Origin: the human T2T-CHM13v2.0 reference genome, Homo sapiens
NCBI RefSeq assembly: GCF_009914755.1
Contig: NC_060932.1
Direction: 5' to 3' (one strand)
DNA length: 64,000 nucleotides
Positions 54,955 to 64,000 of this stretch are shown here, piece after piece. Position numbers and translations under genes: made by a program. The notes beneath the pieces are model-generated. The model worked only from the letters and a program-made list of their open reading frames with translations, did no database searches and was not told where the DNA came from. Numbering within the stretch: position 1 is the stretch's first letter; the number at the start of each line of letters is the position of its first letter.

Positions 54955-55220
54955 ATCCCAGCACTTTGGGAGGCCAAGGCGGGCAGATCAGCTGAGGTCA
55001 GGAATTGGCGACCAGCCTGGCCATCATGGTGAAACCTATCTCTACTAAAAATACAAAAATTAGCTGGGTGTGGTGGCGGGCATCTATAATCCCAGCTACT
55101 CAGGAGGCTGAGGCAGGGAGAATCGGTTGAACCCTGGAGGCAGAGGTTGCAGTGAGCTGAGATCACGCCATTTTACTCCAGCCTGGGCGACAGGGCAAGA
55201 CTCCATCTCAGAAAAAAAGA
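54955..55220 (+). mobile_element. 5'-truncated AluS
   Basis: Begins at atcccagcactttgg. Confidence 0.88.
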
Positions 55221-55619
55221 ACAGAGGCATAGTGGAAAGAGCTTTGAATTTGAAGGCAAAAGACCTAGTTTTGAATTCTTATTCTACCACTTAATGATTG
55301 TGATGTAAGACGTGTTATTTTACTTCTTAGCCTTAATTTTTTTTATCTAAAAGTGGGGGTAATAACACCAACATCATAAGACTATTGGGAAAGTTAGATG
55401 AGAATCTCTTTTAGAATGCATATGCTAGAGTCCATTCCTAGGAAGCATCCAGTAAATGTTAATAATAACAGTAGCTCATCCTTTAACCTGCTTTTCATGT
55501 GTTAGGCACATTTGACTTATAGGTAAAGAAACTAAGGCATAGAGAGACTAGGAAATATGATCAAGTCACAGCAGTGATAGAGCTAAGATTAAGCCCAGGT
55601 CCCAGAGCCGAAGACTTTT

Positions 55620-57890
55620 TTTAAAAATAATTTTTATTATGAAAAATTTCAAGCATAAATAAAAAATAATGTAACAAATATCCCCATGCCCATCACCCAG
55701 CTTCAACAATTGCCAACTCATAGCCAATCACGTTGGGTGAATATTCCCACTCACTCTACACCCCACATCCCAACATACACACACTCCCCTTGCTAAATAT
55801 ATACATATGTATCCCTAAAGGATAAGGACTCTTTTTCTTTAACATAAGTAGTACACTATCATACTGACACACAAAAAAGAATTAATAATTCTTCAGTATG
55901 TTCAAATATTCAATCAGCATTCCTCTGATTGTCTTAAAAATTTTCTTATGTAAACTTGTTCAAATCAGGGTTCAAACAACATGTACACATTACATTTGGT
56001 TGATACCCCACTGAGATTAATCTATAGACTCTGATACCTCTTTTTTTCTTACAATTTATTTGTTGGAGAAACCAGATCGTTTAACCCATACAGCCCTCTA
56101 TGTTCTGGGTTTTGCTGATTTTATTTCATAGTATTGTTTAACATGTTTCTCTATCTCCTGAATTTACTATAAACTGGCAGTTAGAGCTAGGGGCTTGATC
56201 TGAGTCAAGGTTTTTTTTTTCCCCCCTTTGGTATTTGTTTCTTTCACTTGCAAGAAAACTTCCTAGGTGGTTTTATGTACTTGTTAGGCGGATTATAATT
56301 AATACCTGGCTGTCTCTCTTTTCGTGATGTTGTCCATTGATGATTATTGCCTACATCCATTATTTCACCAGAGATTAGCAAAACAGTGATAATATAATTC
56401 TGTTCCTTCTCATTTTATAAACCGGGAAATTTCTCCAAAGAAAAAGTTCTTAGGATCAACTACTTGGTTACCGGAAGATACAACCCATGTAGGAAAAGGC
56501 AAGTTAAATGCTTGGTATCTTTTTTTTTAAACAGTTTTCAGAATAGTAAACTTATTACCTTGGAGCTCCCCAGAGCAATCAGTGTATTGATTATGAACTC
56601 AGATTGAACATATAGACCTTTTCAGTACATAGAACCAGGAGTTCATACTAATATTTTCAATTCAGATTTAAGATTACAAATTTGCATAGCTGCTTTGATT
56701 TTATATTTGTATTTTTTTCTTATGCTAAAAATCTTGATTTCTAACAGCATTGACATAATTCCTTATTTTCTTTAACACACATACACACACACACACTCAC
56801 ACAATGGTTTTTAAGCTCCATATATTTATGCTGTATAATAAAAACTATATAACTATAAATAATAACAATGTGAATATTATGATTATTGAAAGCAGTCCAA
56901 AATATCTTTTATAGTTCTTTTTGTCCTTAGGTTATATCCCACTAGGCATATATAATCAAATTATTGTTTTCATTTTTGTTTTTGTTTTTTGAGACAGGGC
57001 CTTGCTCTGTCACCCAGGCTGGAGTACAATGGCATAATCATAGCTAACTGTAACCTCGAACTCCTGGGCTCAAACGATCCTCCCCCCTTAGCCTCCCAAG
57101 TAGCTGCTACAGGTATGCACCGCCATGCCTGGCTAGTTTATTTATTTATTTTTAAGTAGAGATGAAGTCTTACTATGTGGCCCAGGCTCATCTGGATCTC
57201 CTGGGCTCAGGTGATCCTTCTGCCTCTACCACCAATGTATTGGTATTAATGTATTGGTATTACAGGTGTGAGCCACCACACCCAGCCCAAATTATTGTTT
57301 TAAAATGACTTGAAATAACTCCTCTTCATATGATAATGCCACTAGCTCACTACACAGGTTAATTTGTTTCATTTGTTTTCAGTTTTTTGAAAAATTTTTG
57401 TATTTAATTTAATTTGTTTTATACTTTTATAAAACATTTACATGTTTTCTAAATCAAATCTACAAAATAAGGTACATTCAGAACAGGCTGACTTCTGTTT
57501 CCTTTGTCCTGTTACTTCTCCTCCCAATAAGTCATCCTTTTAGCAAATATCTTATTTGTATTTACAAATATGTTTGTATTTACCTCCTTAGGTAAATGGT
57601 TGTATACTATTACACTTTTCTGTACTCTGCTTTTTAAATTTAACAACGTATTTTGGATATCATTTTAAAGCAATGTACAGAAATATTCATCTTTTTTTTA
57701 TACCTGCATTATGCACCATTATTTATTTGGCCTGTCCCTTAATGAACATGTAGATTATTTTCAATCTTCTGCTGTCACAAGCATGCTGCATTAATTAGTT
57801 TGGCCCATAAGTCTTTTTCTATTAAGTGTATTTTTGGAATAGATTCATAAATGTTAGATGCTGAGTCAAAGGGTAAATACATAATATACT
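55620..57890 (-). mobile_element. L1MC/ME-type fragments with an AluJ (56972-57287)
   Basis: cccatcacccagcttcaacaat, tacacattacatttggttgat and gctgagtcaaagggta motifs. Confidence 0.7.
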
Positions 57891-59403
57891 GCCCTTTTCA
57901 ATTAGAGAAAACATCAGATAAGTTTGTTAAGAGATGACTTAGAGATGGGAATTTGCTTACTTTTTCTGTTTGGTCTTCACACTTACTATGCTTCCTGTCT
58001 GTGTGTAAGATAACATCACAGTTCAGACGTTTGTCAGAATACCAGTGTAGACTGTCAGTGCCTTGCCTTTGCTTTTTAGGTTCATATTCTAGGTTGAGAG
58101 CCGTAAATATCTTGGGTAGAGAGTGAAGTCTCTCATCAGATGCCGAAGGAATTAAAAGAGGAGAGTACATTACTTCAAAAATGATGATTTTGTGCATTCT
58201 TCTGAAATAATAAATTTCCTGAGTTCAGAGGACAAGGTAGAAAACATTTTCTCCTTCTGTTGACCCCCTCACTGTAGGGAATGAAGAACTGATTTTATCA
58301 ATAAGTAAAAGTTACTCAAGTAACTGTTTAAGGTATCTAAAATTTCTTATAATTTTTGCGTATCCTAGGATTTTAGACTTTCTAAATTATGAATGCTTTT
58401 CTTGGGTACTTGTTGATGCTTCTTCCTTATCCCCAGTAGTACAACTTAAAAACAGAATATTTTAGGATTTTTTCACTCTTTCATTAAGTTCTGTTCACAT
58501 TCACATTAAGAGCAAATAATACTGCTCTGCTTTTTGGGAAAGAGTGAGGTAACACTTTTAATATCATAGTGTAAGCTATAAATTTGATTAAAAATTCAAA
58601 TTATCAGAGAAATAATTTTGATGTTTTCTACCTAAATACAGTGTATACATGGGGACCTTCTTGAGATGTATTTTCCAAAAGATCTTCCTAAAGTGACAAG
58701 AGGTTGCTCATATCATTTGAAGTTTCTCATAAAATGTAATAAGCTGTTACGCTTTATATACTTATATGCCTACTAGTACATTTACAATTAAAGTTACCAT
58801 TGTAACTAATTCTGTGTAGGTGTACTTTAAATTATAATCCTAGTTTAGTTAAAGCTTCAAAGCAATTTTTTTGTTGGTTCTGAAATTTCTGTTTTTCTAA
58901 ATTTTTAAATTTAAATTTTACATTTCTGTTTCTACTAAAATTCAGAATTGTAACTTAAAAGGGAGGGATTATTCTACATTAAAAGAGATAGAGATTTAAG
59001 GGCGATAACCAAATTCAATGAGTGAGCCTTTTTTTTCTGCTACAAAAATGGATCAATGAATGAGTCTTGTTTAGACAATTGGGGAAATTTGAGTCTTGCC
59101 TGATTATGAAACAATACTACAAAATAATTGTTAATTTTATTTACGTTACAGTGGTGTTGTGACTATATAAGAAAATCATCCCTCCCCCACTTTTTTAAAG
59201 AGTTGTAGACTTCTGTATTAAAAGAATAAAGTGGCATGATGTCTGGGATTTGCTTTATAATAGTCTAGCCAAAAATTGAGGGGATATAGTCAATGAAAGA
59301 AGTATAATAAAACATGGATTTATTGTTGTAGCCAGGCGACAGGCTCATGGGGCATGATCGTGCTTTCCAGTTTTATATATGTTTGGAATGTTTTGTGATA
59401 CAG

Positions 59404-59745
<342 letters not shown>

Positions 59746-60609
59746 TGTGATACAGTATTTTTAAAAGTAACTTTAAAGTATTCATTTTCAATGACAAAAA
59801 GAATATTCCTTCTTTGTAAAATAATTCAAACAGTACAGAAGATTATGAAGAAAAAATCAGCACCTCTTCCAGCCCCAATTTGACTTGCTAGAGGTAATTG
59901 TTTGGTTTACTTTTGTATAGATATTTTTGTATGTATATAATGCAAAAGTATTCACATACATTTAACAAGAATGGAATCATACTATACATACTATTTTGCC
60001 GCTTATCTTCCTTTTTACTTTCAAGTCTATCATGGACCTCTTTCTCTCAGTATATGTAGGTTTACTTCTTTCTAAAAAATGCACATGGATGGATGTTTCA
60101 GGATTTAAGTCTTCATCTTGTTAATTGACATTTAGGTTATTTTATGTTTATTTGCTTTTCAGACAATATTATAATAAATACCCTCATAAATATCTTGTGT
60201 GAATATTTTTGTGTAGACTTCTAGAATTGAAACTACTAGGTCAAATCATTCATTTTTTCTTTCTCTCTCAGAAAATTCTGCCAACCCTGGGAAATGCCAG
60301 TGTTACTGTGTTTTCACCGACACTGGATGTTATCAGTCTTTATTTGTTGTCAGTCTGAGAGTCAGTCAAAAGATGGGAACTCAGCATTGAATATGTAACT
60401 TCTGTAATTATGAAAGTACTATCCTTAGGAGAATATGTTCTTGTATTTAGGTTGATTTCTAGCCCTTCCAAAAATGAGAATTTCCTTACATTCTCTGGAA
60501 TTCCATGTCCTAGGCTCAGTAATGAAGCTAATCCCTCCCTCCTGGGGTTGTTCTGAGTATTGTATCGAATAATAAAAAATGTCTGACATAGCTTATTAAC
60601 TCCATTAAC

Positions 60610-61113
60610 TATGTTAGTTCTCTATTGCTGCTATAACAAATTACCACACATGTAGTGGCTTAAAAACAACACAAATTTATCCTTAGAGTTTGGTAGGCAG
60701 AAGTTCACCATGGGTTGGATCTCACTGGGCTAAAATCAGAGTGTCAGCAGGGCCACATTCCTTTCTAGAGGCTCTGGGGAGAATCCTTTTCTTTGCCTTT
60801 TCCAGCTTCTGCGGGTTTCCCATATTTCATGACTCAGACCCACCTTTTCTGTCTTCAAAGCACCTCTCTAACCATTCCTCTGTAGTCGTATCTCCCTCTG
60901 ACCGCAACCAGGAAGGGGTTCTTTGATATTAAGGACCTATGTGATTAGATTGGACCTACCCAGGTAGTCCAGGATTAATGCCCTCACCCCAAGGTGCTTA
61001 ACTTAATCATATCTGCAAAATCTCATGTAAAATAATATCTTCATGGATTACAGGGATTAGAGCATGGACATCTTTTGGGGAGGGGGACAGTTTGCATTAT
61101 TCTGCTTGCCACA
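60610..61113 (-). mobile_element. MLT1C/D-type LTR
   Basis: attgctgctataacaaattaccac...tgattagattgg...tctgcaaa; TSD TTAAC. Confidence 0.8.
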
Positions 61114-61299
61114 TTAACTATAAAGTATACTCAGAAAAATAATTTATATTTAAACAGTAATGAAAGGGAATTATCCTTAAAAATATTAAAAGCTATTATA
61201 AAGCATTGAAATTGCTGCTGACATATAAATAGATATGCAGAGTCTAACAATAGACCCAGCTACATTCCAAAATTGACTTGTTTTTAAAGATGTCATTTC

Positions 61300-63530
<2,231 letters not shown>

Positions 63531-63839
63531 AAAAGGAAATTAACAGTACAGGTATTAGAAGTACATGTGGGAGAATTATAATCCCAGAGGTAATGAAGGC
63601 CTTTCTGAGTATGACATATCCAGAAGAGGTTGATAAGAATAAAAATCTCTACATGTAAAAATAATTTCCAAAACAAAGACTCATGTAAAACTGAAAAAAC
63701 ATATGCAAAACCTGACAAATGAAACGCTGGTTTCTTTAATGTATGAAGCGCTTATATAAATAAACATGTAAAGGACCAGCCAGTAAAAAAAAAAAATGGA
63801 TAAACAATGTAATATACAGTTTACAGTGGTAAAATGGTT

Positions 63840-64000
<161 letters not shown>

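Noticed and set aside
54531-54995. 154-aa ORF as a standalone gene
   Set aside because: It is exon 10 read through into the flanking introns and an Alu

Overview
Primate (human-type) genomic DNA, not prokaryotic. About 17.5 kb of repeat-dense intergenic sequence is followed by a CpG-island promoter and the first 10 coding exons of TBC1D31 (WDR67) on the + strand. I spliced these by hand at GT-AG boundaries: 1436 coding nt in one continuous frame, MQSTDLGNKESGKIW... through the WD40 region, a linker and the start of the TBC/Rab-GAP-like domain (...KGYGEYPTKYRMFIWRSLLQLPENH...). The gene continues past the window end. The rest is about 50 Alus, old L1M/L2/MIR fragments, solo LTRs (MLT2A, MER51-like, THE1/MST, MLT1, MER31/34-like) and Tigger/Charlie-type DNA transposons. 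Nearly all ORFs in the supplied track are Alu or low-complexity artefacts. I found no evidence of a new biological system. The best second-look items are several local templated duplications, including an inverted triplication 2-3 kb upstream of the promoter; a sense-oriented MLT2A LTR with DUX4-like sites and a splice donor upstream of the gene; and exon-phase/Alu geometry compatible with circular RNAs. Repeat subfamily names come from remembered consensus sequences and repeat ends are approximate unless a TSD is quoted.
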